From positions 93,830,727 to 93,894,726 of the forward strand of contig CM100994.1 of the NCBI GenBank assembly GCA_046254885.1: DNA of 64,000 nt, given 5' to 3'. Both the position numbers and the translations under genes were made by a program. The stretch comes from Sinanodonta woodiana. Lineage: Eukaryota. A model generated the notes under the pieces. The model was not told where the DNA came from and did no database searches. It saw nothing but the letters and a program-made list of their open reading frames with translations. This document shows positions 13,177 through 25,019 of this stretch, piece by piece (the stretch's first letter is position 1; the number at the start of each line of letters is the position of its first letter).

Positions 13177-16100
13177 TGCATTCAGATACGCATAATTAAG
13201 CTTTTCCGAGACCTCTGTACAGTCGTATACATTTTGTTTTACTAATTTCTCATTTGTCAATAGTTATTTTTTTTTTTTTTTTTTTTAAACTGATTTTTAG
13301 CTGCTTTCTGCTAATATCAAGTTTGCTCATGGCAAAGTCAATTATAGTTCTCAGTTGGAGAATTCAAATTTTCTAGTCAACAGATTGCATAAAACAGCAC
13401 CGCCAAGCCACGAGCCAATGTTGACGGCTTTTTTTTCTTTTATGCTGTTTAAGTCAATGCCTCCTGATTTGAACAAGTTTAGCTCGGCAGTTCACTTTGA
13501 TGATAAACAATGTATTTATTTTAATTGATTTATACATTCTGGTGAGATCTTTTATTATTAACTGCTGCATTGGCTGTTGCTTAAATGTGTATGAAATAAA
13601 TAGAACATATATCGGAGATTACAGAAATGATTGTATTCGGAATGCATTCAAGACAAACAAAAAGTAGACACGATGGCTTCATTGCTCAGGGATCAGTAAT
13701 AATAATATTGACATTTATGAGCTGTCATTTTTCAACAATAAACAAAGATCAAAGTTCTCAGTAGGCCCAGTAATTAGTTCGTATTTCCAATGTTTATTCT
13801 GGCACAAAACTAGAAGAAATTTGTTAATTTTTGGGAGCCATACAACGATTATTTTATATTCAATTTTGTGTGATTTCCCCCTCAAAATTATATTACATTT
13901 TCTACACGTTTTTTTTCCACAGTTTTTAGACGAGTATGAGAATGATAATTAAACTCTTAAAGATTTTTAATTTTTAATACTTATTAGTGTTAATGTTCTC
14001 ATCAGAACATCTTTAGGGGACATATTTTTTTTTAAACTACAGGTTCTAAAATGCATTATATCACATGCACTTTATATGGCAGAACTACGTTTTTTTCCAC
14101 TTATTTTGGGTCGAACATCGGGGTGCGCGTTATACATTGGTGTGCGTTATGCACAGCAAAATACGATAGTGGGTTTTTCGTTGAGCCAGCTTTTATTTTT
14201 ATTGTGTGTTTAGTGTTACCGTGCCAGTGCATTCTGTGATTTAGTTTTGCTTTTCATTTGCTTGCATTGTGATGGGGCATCTATGTACAATGCAATTCCT
14301 TCTTCCTCTCTATTATATGTCCAGTGACATTGTCATACCCAGTTATGTTTTATTATTTGCAATTGAGATTTATTTAATAGTCTCTTTTTATATTTTGTTC
14401 ATACATGATTTCAATTGGTAATTTACATTTTACATAAAATGTTTGAATACAAGCACCTTTAAGATCAAGATATATTGTGTTGCAGAAACTATTGAGGGAT
14501 TTTGATTGAATTGTCTCCATTAGGTTTATAGTAAATAGTCATTTATCAGCCATTAAGAAAATAGCAGAAGTGAAAAATCAGTGCATTATGTTAAAACAGA
14601 TGATAATGGATTTATATGAATGGGAAGAGGTAGATCATCTGCTAAATATGAAATGATGGGGGACAAGAAGTCAGATATTGTGATTGTAACTGAACATAAA
14701 GCAGAATCAGTGATACAGATATAATTGGTCTTGCAATAAATGCAATTCTTAGACAGAAAAGTCATTTAAACAAAATAATTGAATTTTGGAAAACTACACT
14801 TGGATATTTTGAAAACCAGTTTCATGTTTTATTCAGTTCATTAGTTCTGCCTCTATAGACAGCTGATTGTGAGAGGAGATTTGGTTTTGAAAGCAAAATT
14901 CACATGCTTTTAGGACTTATCTTAAAATAATAAAGTAAATAAACTGATGACTATATAGATATGGTGGAGTACAGTAAATGATTTTCATTTGCAGAGTTTC
15001 TTAAGAAGTACAGTGATTAAAAATATATGATTATAATATTTATCAGCTGAGCAAACTTATACCCTAAAACAATAAAACAACATAGCAGCAAGAGCCATGC
15101 GGCTGTGCATGCTATGTACATGTTAATTAAAGGATGACAAGGAAATGAGGCCATCCATAAAGAGATCAGAAATATTAAGAGAGATAAAACAGACAAGTTA
15201 CAAATTAAAAAAAAATAAAAAGTTATTTTCCATAAATTAACATATTTGTGAAAATCAGTATTAACACAAATGATAGTTTTATAATACATATTATTTAACA
15301 TAATTATTATTGAAAGAACATTGATGTTTCATTTCGCAGTAATGAAACTGTTCCATATTAAAAACATAATGATGAAATGTTCACTTAATCATCTCCAATA
15401 TCTGAAAACGTCTCTAAATCTTTATCTTTTGTATCGGAATGAAAAAGTGTGGCTATCTCATCACTCAGATGATTGGAAATATTTTCATTATCATCAGTCT
15501 CCATTTCATTCCACAACACATTTCACATTCTGTGAAGACATATTCTTCTAATTTATTCTCAGTATTAATCCATTTTGCTTTTCCACCACAATTTTCTTTT
15601 TTGTTTCTTAAACAAAATAATTATTAGTTCATAATACAGCCATAGCTTTACACCAATTCCAAACACATTTTTCACTGACACCATATTTCCTGTGAGCAGT
15701 CATATTACCACATTTCTCTTTTGCAAACTTTACAACTTCAAGCATTTGATCAGCTGTGTAAGACTTGCATGATTTCACAGGAGGCATTGTGAGAAAGTTG
15801 TATGATTTGTATGAGGATATATATATGAATGGTTATCACTGAAAAGATATTTAACTCATTTAAATGTACCAGTACTATAGCAATGAAAACAATGCCAACA
15901 GTTTAATTCTTTATTTACATCCAGAGAAGGGAGTGGGCATGATTTCCTGTGGTTTTTAATCAAAATGATATTAAAAATGGGTAGCATAATGGATGCAGAT
16001 TAATGATAAAGAACAGTGAGGTACCAGAAATATAGTTACTAGTATTGGTAGCCAGACCCAATTTGAGGGTTTAAATAATTGTGGCTTTGATTGTTGCAGA

Positions 16101-16676
16101 AAACCAAAGACCAGTGTAATGAGAGAGACACCGAAATGACAGCTGCTAAAAAATAAATATATGTGATGTGTTGACATTACAATTTGCTCTAAACTGAAAT
16201 GCAAATCTAAAAATAGATCATTGATGATCTATTAGTAGTCCATCTATATATTTGATTTTAGTTTAGTTTAATCCATATTTATTTGAGATATTTTGTCAAA
16301 TACAATTATAAACATATAATTTTGGGGATTAAGTAGAAAGCATAATCTGTTATTTTATAAATAATCATAGAACGCACAAGTCAGTATGGATTGCATCCCT
16401 TTGAAGATCAATTAGATCAATGAAAAAGCTATGCCAGTAATTGCTTGCATGTGATAGTATACTGGAAAATCAAAAAACAATTGACCAGTTGCTATAATTT
16501 GATCAGGAGGAATAAGGTATGGTTACAAAGGATGAATAAAACAAATTTCTTTTAGTCTTTAATGTAATTAAATGATGTTTACATAGAGAATGGAGTCCAA
16601 CTAGGGCCAGTGGTATGGGTCATTTCAGTGGACATGCACACTAAGGGTCTGCTGTCATAGCTGACAGCATCATCAT

Positions 16677-16695
16677 CATCAGCATCATCATCATT

Positions 16696-16726
<31 letters not shown>

Positions 16727-16728
16727 AT
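16677..16728. repeat. (CAT)n microsatellite, (GAT)n on the minus strand
   Basis: Direct reading. It generates the spurious poly-Asp ORF 16579..16791. Confidence 0.9.
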
Positions 16729-16800
16729 CTCTGGACCTATTGTGGTCGTTGAGGCACTGTGTTGCTGAATATCTGACCAGTTCCCCCCCACTTGACTCGG

Positions 16801-17046
16801 TCATGTGCCAATGCCTATGTCTATGCAAAACTTTTCCTGGTCCATTTCTGTGATGTTGTCACTCCACTTTTTCTGTCTACCTCTCCTTCTACCACCTTGG
16901 ATACTACCATGCAGTACTGCTGTTGTGGATAGACTGTTGGCTCTAGTGACATGGCCATACAATTTCAGCTTTCTCTTTTTGACAATGGTGAGGAGGTCTT
17001 CATAATGGCCTACTTTGTGCCTGATAGTGTTGCTGACAGCGGTCAT
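16801..17046 (-). mobile_element. RTE-like LINE ORF2 C-terminal fragment
   Basis: The ORF has LYGHVTRANSLSTTAVLHGSIQGGRRRGRQKKWSDNITE. This matches the conserved C-terminal (E/Q)GKRRRGRQR.RW.D..T motif of RTE/BovB-type LINEs. A (GAT)n tail lies immediately 3' on the minus strand. Confidence 0.5.
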
Positions 17047-17334
17047 TCACTTTTCAAGCGATCCACATCAAGAGTTGTCTGTTTTGTTGTGTTATATTCT
17101 ATTCTGTGTTGTTTTGTTTGGAACTTGGCTATCTGTCAGGACTGATTTATAGCCTATACTGGATAATTATATAGTTTAGAATTGTGTGGTGTGACACTTG
17201 CAATTGGATTCATCTGGTTTCCATTATAACAATTTACATCATGTAACACAACCCAATTGTTCTACTAGGCAATTGATGACTTATAAAATAAATTAAAAAA
17301 TAACGAACAAAGCAAAAATAACTGCTGGATTTGA

Positions 17335-19497
17335 CATTGAATTTTTAAACAACAATCAGTCATTCGATTTGACACTGACCTTTTAAATATTGATTTATTG
17401 AATGTGACATTGAGTGTTTAAACAAGCAGTCATTGAATGTGCAATCAGTCATTGAATGTGACATTGAGTGTTTAAACAATCAGTCATTGAATGTGACATT
17501 GAGTGTTTAAACAATCAGTCATTGAATGTGACATTGAGTGTTTAAACAATCAGTCATTGAATGTGACATTGAGTGTTTAAACAATCAGTTATTGAATGTG
17601 CAATCAGTCATTGAATGTGCAATCAGTCATTGAATGTGCAATCAGTCATTGAATGTGACATTGAGTGTTTAAACAATCAGTCATTGAATGTGACATTGAG
17701 TGTTTAAACAATCAGTCATTGAATGTGACATTGAGTGTTAAACAATCAGTCATTGAATGTGACATTGAGTGTTTAAACAATCAGTCATTGAATGTGCAAT
17801 CAGTCATTGAATGTGCAATCAGTCATTGAATGTGACATTGAATGTTTAAACAGTCATTGAATGTGACATTGAGTGTTTAAACAAGCAGTCATTGAATGTG
17901 CAATCACTCATTGAATGTGACATTGAGTGTTTAAACAAGCAGTCATTGAATGTGCAATCAGTCATTGAATGTGACATTGAGTGTTAAACAATCAGTTATT
18001 GAATGTGACATTGAGTGTTTAAACAATCAGTCATTGAATGTGACATTGAGTGTTTAAACAATCAGTCATTGAATGTGACATTGAGTGTTTAAACAATCAG
18101 TCATTGAATGTGACATTGAGTGTTTAAACAATCAGTCATTGAATGTGACATTGAGTGTTTAAACAATCAGTTATTGAATGTGCAATCAGTCATTGAATGT
18201 GCAATCAGTCATTGAATGTGCAATCAGTCATTGAATGTGACATTGAGTGTTTAAACAATCAGTCATTGAATGTGACATTGAGTGTTTAAACAATCAGTCA
18301 TTGAATGTGACATTGAGTGTTTAAACAATCAGTCATTGAATGTGACATTGAGTGTTTAAACAATCAGTCATTGAATGTGACATTGAGTGTTTAAACAATC
18401 AGTCATTGAATGTGACATTGAGTGTTTAAACAATCAGTCATTGAATGTGACATTGAGTGTTTAAACAATCAGTCATTGAATGTGACATTGAGTGTTTAAG
18501 CAATCAGTCATTGAATGTGACATTGAGTGTTTAAACAATCAGTCATTGAATGTGACATTGAGTGTTTAAACAATCAGTCATTGAATGTGACATTGAGTGT
18601 TTAAACAATCAGTCATTGAATGTGACATTGAGTGTTAAACAATCAGTCATTGAATATGACATTGAGTGTTTAAACAATCAGTTATTGAATGTGACATTGA
18701 GTGTTAAACGATCAGTCATTGAATGTGACATTGAGTGTTACACAATCAGTCATTGAATGTGACATTGAGTGTTTAAACAATCAGTCATTGAATGTGACAT
18801 TGAGTGTTTAAACAATCAGTCATTGAATGTGACATTGAGTGTTTAAACAATCAGTCATTGAATGTGCAATCAGTCATTGAATGTGACATTGAGTGTTTAA
18901 ATAATCAGTCATTGAATGTGACATTGAGTGTTTAAACAATCAGTCATTGAATGTGACATTGAGTGTTTAAACAATCAGTCATTGAATGTGACATTGAGTG
19001 TTTAAACAGTCATTGAATGTGACATTGAGTGTTTAAACAATCAGTCATTGAATGTGACATTGAGTGTTTAAACAATCAGTCATTGAATGTGACATTGAGT
19101 GTTTAAACAATCAGTCATTGAATGCGACATTGAGTGTTTAAACAATCAGTCATTGAATGTGACATTGAGTGTTTAAACAATCAGTCATTGAATGTGACAT
19201 TGAGTGTTTAAGCAATCAGTCATTGAATGTGACATTGAGTGTTTAAACAATCAGTCATTGAATGTGACATTGAGTGTTTAAACAATCAGTCATTGAATGT
19301 GACATTGAGTGTTTAAACAGTCATTGAATGTGACATTGAGTGTTTAAACAATCAGTCATTGAATGTGACATTGAGTGTTTAAACAATCAGTCATTGAATG
19401 TGACATTGAGTGTTTAAACAGTCATTGAATGTGACATTGAGTGTTTAAACAATCAGTCATTGAATATGACATTGAGTGTTTAAATAATCAGTCATTC
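17335..19497. repeat. Satellite array with a 35-bp unit (cagtcattgaatgtgacattgagtgtttaaacaat), about 60 copies
   Basis: Direct reading. There are 22-bp sub-variants (cattgaatgtgcaatcagt). Confidence 0.9.
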
Positions 19498-19500
19498 GGA

Positions 19501-19789
19501 TTTAAACAATTTTTCAGTCATATCGCTATGATGTCTGCTGTGGGGCAGTTTATAGTGATGTCTAGCACCGAGGCATCATGCTGCAGACATGTAGCATGAT
19601 GTCTCACCCAGTCACATTATCCTGACACCAGGCCGACCAGTCCTAACACTAACCTCTTAATGCTGAACATCAAGCGAGGCAGCTGTTAGTACCATTTTGT
19701 AAGTTTTTGGTATGACTCGGCCGGGGATTGAACCCACGACCTCCCGCTTCCGGGGCGGACGCTCTAACCACTAGGCCACCGAAGCGGTT
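19501..19789 (-). mobile_element. SINE copy 3, with an intact tRNA-like head
   Basis: The reverse complement gives GCTTCGGTGGCCTAGTGGTTAGAGCGTCCGCCCCGGAAGCGGGAGGTCGTGGGTTCAATCCCCGGCCGAG. This has a D-arm, an anticodon stem TCCGC/GCGGG with loop CCCGGAA, and a T-arm GGGTTCAATCCCC. It is followed by the shared body and the tail tgactgaaaaattgtttaaa. It is nearly identical to copy 5. Confidence 0.75.
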
Positions 19790-19799
19790 ATGAGTCATT

Positions 19800-20010
19800 G
19801 AATTAAACAGTCACTCATTGTATTTGACATTGAGTGCTTAAACAGTCATTTGATTTAAACAACCAATCATTGGATTTAAACAACCAGTCATTAAATTAAA
19901 CAATCAGTTATTGGATTTAAACGATCAGTCATTTGGATTTAAACAATCAGTCATTGAATTTAAACAATCAGTCATTGGATTTAAATAGTCATTCATTGGA
20001 TTTGACACTG
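19800..20010. repeat. Degenerate relatives of the 35-bp satellite (cagtcattggatttaaacaat)
   Basis: Direct reading. The SINE at 19501-19789 therefore sits inside the satellite. Confidence 0.5.
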
Positions 20011-20353
20011 AGTGTTCAAGCCAATAATCAAGTGTGGCCTTTCCTGACTGAATTACATAGATTTTACTGTCACATCATTTCAAGCAATTAATATTGCTAA
20101 ATATTACTAAATCATATTGGCAATGGAAACATTTCATAACATTATCTTGTGTTTGTTGAAAATTTCATTCAAATGTATTTAATGAAAAATATGGTACAAG
20201 ATGAATCTAAGAGTACATGTCGACTTTTATTTGAACTGTTTAACAGTTATGGTCCTTGATGGAATCATAACTTTGACCTTACATTGTAACATATTGGTGA
20301 GGGCATATAGGAAAACATCTTGTAACATTTTTTATTTTGATCTTTTGTTCTAG

Positions 20354-22549
20354 GATACAAACCAGTCCAGAATTCACAGTCAGGAAACTGAGAAACTATT
20401 TACACCTGACTATATTCCTCAGGAGAAATGTAGCTCTTTTTCCACTGTAGAAGCTGATGGTTATCACCAGTCATTATGCCAGCCTGATAAAGAAGAAGCT
20501 GTCAAAGAAGAATATCCTCCTAAAATGGGTAGAAAAAAAAAGAAGAGTAAATTGGCTTCATTAGCAATTTCCAGTGACAAGACATTACAGGAAAATAAAC
20601 TAACCTCTTGTTCAGATAAAGCAAGTAAATTTAGTCAGCTAGCGATTGAAAAAGAGATTTTAGACACAGAAGGTGGAAAAGTTCTGGAAGACTATATGGA
20701 TTCTGAGAATGGTAGTCAGATGGATGAAATAGGGAAGAGGACACCCATTGGGATGACTATTGATGTTCCATCGTTGGAAAGGCAAAAAGATGAAAATGTT
20801 CCCACCCAGGCAAACATATTTGATACTTTTGAGGTTAACCCTGAGATCGTGGACATGGATTTGGAGATGTTAGATACTTTTGGTGCATCTTTTGACACTG
20901 ATGATACTGATGCTCCTCAGTTCACAGCTGTTCCTCTAGGGTATTTATCTAAGAATACATCACATCCTTCTTGTCTATCCTCAGTTCCTTCTGAAATGCT
21001 ATCCTCTTTTATGGCTCCATCATCGGACCAGCCTCCACCTGAAAAAGGACAGGCATCAGTTGATGGACTATATAGTGATTTTAATGTGGTATCAACAGTC
21101 ACAGTCAACCCACAGTTTGAGGACAAAGATATTTGGGGGGCAGCACAGGATGATCATAGTATTGAACATTATTTGATGAATGATGCAAGTCAACTGTTGG
21201 AGGAGCAACAGCAACATCATCTGGAAGTTCAGCAGCAAAATATACAAGTGCATCAACTCTTGATGAAATCTCAGAGTTCAGATCAGACCACTAAGTCACT
21301 TGAAAATATGGCTAGTACAGTTGAGGCAGTAAAAAGCATTTTAAGAGAAAATATGCATCCAGTGATAAATGTTAATCAACCTGCATTTTTACATAGTTTG
21401 GAGAACTGTGTGACCCCTTCCCAGTCTTACCAGCCAATGTCTCATTCTTACAGCCCTACTTCCCCATCCTACTCACCATTATCTCCACAGAGTTCTCATA
21501 CTTTTAAACTTCAGCTAAATATGGAACCTCAGAAATATTTTGTGCAAGACTCATTCATGTTGGATCCAGAATCAGAATTGAAAACTAATAGAACTGAAGC
21601 AAATCAAATACCCAGCTGTAGACCTCAGTTGTTTGACATGGATAAAGGACCAACACCGACTGAAAAATATAATTCAGTGTACCAAGGACAAGTTCATAAT
21701 ACAAAATTAAGATCGTTGAGACACTCAAAAACTTACGAAAAAGAAACAGTTGTTTTGCCACATAAAATGAAGTCATTTGGAGAGTCAAGACAGTTTGATC
21801 TGGCAGTAATAGGTAAAGCAGCTCCTAGAAAACATCTTGCCACAAAGGCTGCAAGGAAATCAGCATCACATGAACAATTAATATGCAGTAAAAGTTCAAT
21901 GACATCAGCCTCAGAGGAAGGGGAAGATGAAGAGAACAAAGCAGATTACAAATTTGAGATGGTAAAACTATTTGAATCAGACAAAAGAGATCGTGCAGCA
22001 GAAAGATCCAGAAAGTTCCATGGTGGATTTATAAGTAGAGGTAGAGGTAAACAGCATGTCTTTTCCAGGAGATCAAAGCAAACTGCAAGAAGTACAAGTG
22101 AAAGATCAAGAAGAATTTCAAAAACTAGTAGTAGCTCTTCAGAAAGCCTGAGTTCCAAGTCTGTTTCTAAAAGTTCGAGCTCATATGCCAGAATTCTGAA
22201 AAGATATTTTTCAACTAGTAGGAGCAGGTCTCCCAGGAGATACAGGAGCAGATCTCAAGGGCATTCAAGAGATTTTTCACGAAGTAGGAGCAGAGATCGA
22301 AGAAGTTTTAGTATGGAGAGCAGTAGATTTAGAGATAGGTCTCATAGTAGGAAGAGGAAACAGAGTATCTCACAAAATAGAAGAAGGAGGAGATCTAGAA
22401 TCAGAAGCACTTCCCAGAGATTCAGATCAAGAGTTTCTTATCAAAGGTCACGGAGCAGAGAAAGAGGTCAGAGATCATATGACAAAAAGGCAGTCACATG
22501 GAACCTGACAATAGGTCATCCAGGTAATATCAGGAAAGATAACTGCTAA
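20354..22549 (+). CDS. Large exon of the UBL/RS-protein gene, with a long low-complexity region and an Arg/Ser-rich C-terminus
   Basis: The acceptor tcttttgttctag is at 20351-20353, in phase 0 with the exon ending at 11178. There is a continuous open frame of 732 codons to TAA at 22547-22549. The tail is RS-dipeptide rich (RSRSPRRYRSRSQGHSRDFSRSRSRDRRS...). A possible ATTAAA poly(A) signal lies about 25 nt downstream. Confidence 0.8.
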   Translation, partial: DTNQSRIHSQETEKLFTPDYIPQEKCSSFSTVEADGYHQSLCQPDKEEAVKEEYPPKMGRKKKKSKLASLAISSDKTLQENKLTSCSDKASKFSQLAIEKEILDTEGGKVLEDYMDSENGSQMDEIGKRTPIGMTIDVPSLERQKDENVPTQANIFDTFEVNPEIVDMDLEMLDTFGASFDTDDTDAPQFTAVPLGYLSKNTSHPSCLSSVPSEMLSSFMAPSSDQPPPEKGQASVDGLYSDFNVVSTVTVNPQFEDKDIWGAAQDDHSIEHYLMNDASQLLEEQQQHHLEVQQQNIQVHQLLMKSQSSDQTTKSLENMASTVEAVKSILRENMHPVINVNQPAFLHSLENCVTPSQSYQPMSHSYSPTSPSYSPLSPQSSHTFKLQLNMEPQKYFVQDSFMLDPESELKTNRTEANQIPSCRPQLFDMDKGPTPTEKYNSVYQGQVHNTKLRSLRHSKTYEKETVVLPHKMKSFGESRQFDLAVIGKAAPRKHLATKAARKSASHEQLICSKSSMTSASEEGEDEENKADYKFEMVKLFESDKRDRAAERSRKFHGGFISRGRGKQHVFSRRSKQTARSTSERSRRISKTSSSSSESLSSKSVSKSSSSYARILKRYFSTSRSRSPRRYRSRSQGHSRDFSRSRSRDRRSFSMESSRFRDRSHSRKRKQSISQNRRRRRSRIRSTSQRFRSRVSYQRSRSRERGQRSYDKKAVTWNLTIGHPGNIRKDNC

Positions 22550-24654
22550 AGCATCATACTTTTGTTGTAGCCAATTAAAACAAAATACATTCATTAATCA
22601 GCCTTAACATATACTGTATTGCTATTTCAACATGTACTTTTGCTTAGCCCTCTCAATTTTGTTTTTGACTATTTTATATTTGTTTTTTATGGTTTAATAC
22701 CATTTTTTAGCACAATATAGACTTATACATGGTGGCCAGTATTAATGGTGGAGGAAAAAACCGAACAACCCCGAAAAGAACCACTGATTTGACTCCTTTA
22801 AATACAACAGCAAACCTGCCATTTATCCAATTTACTCAGGCTCATCCCCATTTTTTTAAGAACCTGAAATTCTAATTTTTAATTTAGGTTTCAAAATTGA
22901 CAAATAAAATACATTTTGATTTTTGATAGATGTGCCTCCTTTAACACATTAACCCCTGAGCCAAACAGTTAGGCGGTCCCCGACAGCGTACTTGCAGAAA
23001 TCACCTAGAGTAATGTTAACCTTACCTGTATCCCTGAGACTTGCTGAGAATACTTGGTTGCATATTTCCCCCAGAGAGCTACGAGTTAAAAATGTTATTA
23101 ATTTTTATTTACATTCCTTTAATTAACATAAAAATTTTTCAACAAAATTACATACAAAAATGGTATAAAAATATTATTGGACTACATACAGAAATAAAAC
23201 TGAAGCATAAAGATAATTTAAAAATGATTTTCATACCAATTTATATATCTTGCCATGAATAATCCATAAAAATCCATGATGAATTCACACTTAATAATTA
23301 ATACCATAATTAAGTGGAATTCATTCCATTTGTGTACATAGAAATTCCAATTGTCATCTCTATTGCAAACTAAATTTTGTGCAAATTCTTCTTCAGTCTG
23401 TCAAGTAAAAGTCTACTTCCAGTAGCTGATTCTCATAATTTTCTTCATTTTCTAATATGAATATTTCCACTTCTTTTGCTGCTATCAAAGTCAGATTTTT
23501 TTCAGACTTCCTTAATCAGTGTACACTCTATCTATATAAGCTAACATTTTTGGGTTAAAATGCCTGCATAATTTGGAAATGGTTGAAATCAGCCAATAGT
23601 TTGCACCAATTTAACTTGTTGTTTGAGATACAGGCATGTCAGAATGTCAGAAGCCCACTCCTTTTCACCAGATAATTGCAATGATAAGGATCAACTGTTA
23701 ATTAGTCACACTGGCTTTCATGCTTTTTAACTAAAGACTAACGTTTAGCTATTGTGCAGTTTGGCCAAGATGACCAGAATCTGATAAGAGATCACATGCT
23801 GAAGGAAAACAAGGTATATCACAGGGATACACATAACATCCTTTGAGAATTGTATGCATACTGGACCTGGAAGATTGGTCAATATATAATGAAAATGAGG
23901 TTTATAACATTATGTCAAAAACCTCTCAATTTTAAAACCCAATATATATTTTTTATTCAGTCACTTTACATGGCTTTTGAAATGTTGACAGATATGAGTG
24001 ATGCAGAATTTCTGTAATTTATCTGATATGCTGATATTTAATGTGTTAATTGAATTAACACCAAATATCAGCATAATAGATGAAAATGATAGATTTTCAC
24101 GTTATTACTGTAACATACACATTTTTACATTTAGTGCATAACATAAAACATCAGAGATGTCAACTCCTTTGTACAGTTTTTTTTTAAAAAAAATACTGAT
24201 CCTGATTTCTTTTCTACAAATACTGATTTAATTTCCACTCAAGGTGGCATGAACTGCAGCAGCCCAAAGCAGGGTAATGTCTGATATTGTAGTGTGGAAT
24301 TGTATATCTGGGATATTGAAGTTCAAAACAATCAGTGAAATGGTTAAATACAGGAATATGCTAAATATGGTTATTTAAGACAATAAATGTAGATAAATAG
24401 GTCTGTCTACAAATGTAATTTTTCTACATAATATATGTTTTTGTTGCTAGACTGTGTTTTGCCTTGTTTTATTATTAATTATTATTTAATACACACATAT
24501 TTTGGATATTTACATTGTTTTAGTTCATATTGCTTCATACATACATTCTGCATGAAATAGGATTAGAAATCATGTAGAATGTTGTAAATGACTTCATGAT
24601 TGAATATTAATAAGCTAAGTTGCTTGTTCTCATTAAATAAGGTTTTCATATTAG

Positions 24655-24712
24655 TAGTAGTGGTAGTAGTAGTAGTAGTAGTGGTAGTAGTAGTAGTAAA
24701 CAGAACATTGGA
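24655..24712. repeat. (GTA)n/(AGT)n microsatellite
   Basis: Direct reading. Confidence 0.85.
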
Positions 24713-25019
24713 AAGGATTAACTGCATGACAGTTCTTCATTTGCAAAATGAAAAACTGAACATCTCTTAAAATTTGAGAATGTCCAGTTATGACTTGGTA
24801 TTTTCTGCCTTCAGCTTTTGTTATCTTCATGAACTCTGCACTATATACAAATATTTCAAAATGAAATGTATTACTTCATTTTTGCCATGATTAAACTTAT
24901 ATTATGTTTTGATAATATCCTTTATTTTTTTTATTTACAGTAAGAAGAACAATTGATGAAAATGAGAAGTTGCAACCATGGTAAGGTCTATAGAATTTAA
25001 TTAGGTTTTTCAAATAAAA

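Larger units (their letters stand above)
11802..14168. mobile_element. Non-autonomous TIR DNA element of about 2.37 kb
   Basis: The left end is TACCGTATTTTGCTGTGTATAACGCGCAC. The reverse complement of the right end is TATCGTATTTTGCTGTGCATAACGCAC. There are subterminal gggtgcgcgtt(g/a)tatac repeats at both ends. The interior is AT-rich, with no recognisable transposase. Confidence 0.5.

Noticed and set aside
16579-16791. 70-aa ORF with a poly-Asp run
   Set aside because: It is encoded by the (CAT)n/(GAT)n microsatellite.
17335-19497. Regularly spaced direct repeats that could superficially resemble a CRISPR array (also at 40616-41750 and 25020-26737)
   Set aside because: The units are contiguous, with no unique spacers of 25-40 bp. 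The context is eukaryotic and intronic. These are satellites and minisatellites.
19700-19800. Possible tRNA gene (tRNA-Pro-like, anticodon CGG) on the minus strand; the same at 54900-55000
   Set aside because: The identical head is fused to the same roughly 200-bp body and tail at both loci, and degraded versions occur at three more. The acceptor and T stems have mismatches. It is a SINE head rather than a tRNA gene. A tRNAscan-SE run would confirm.
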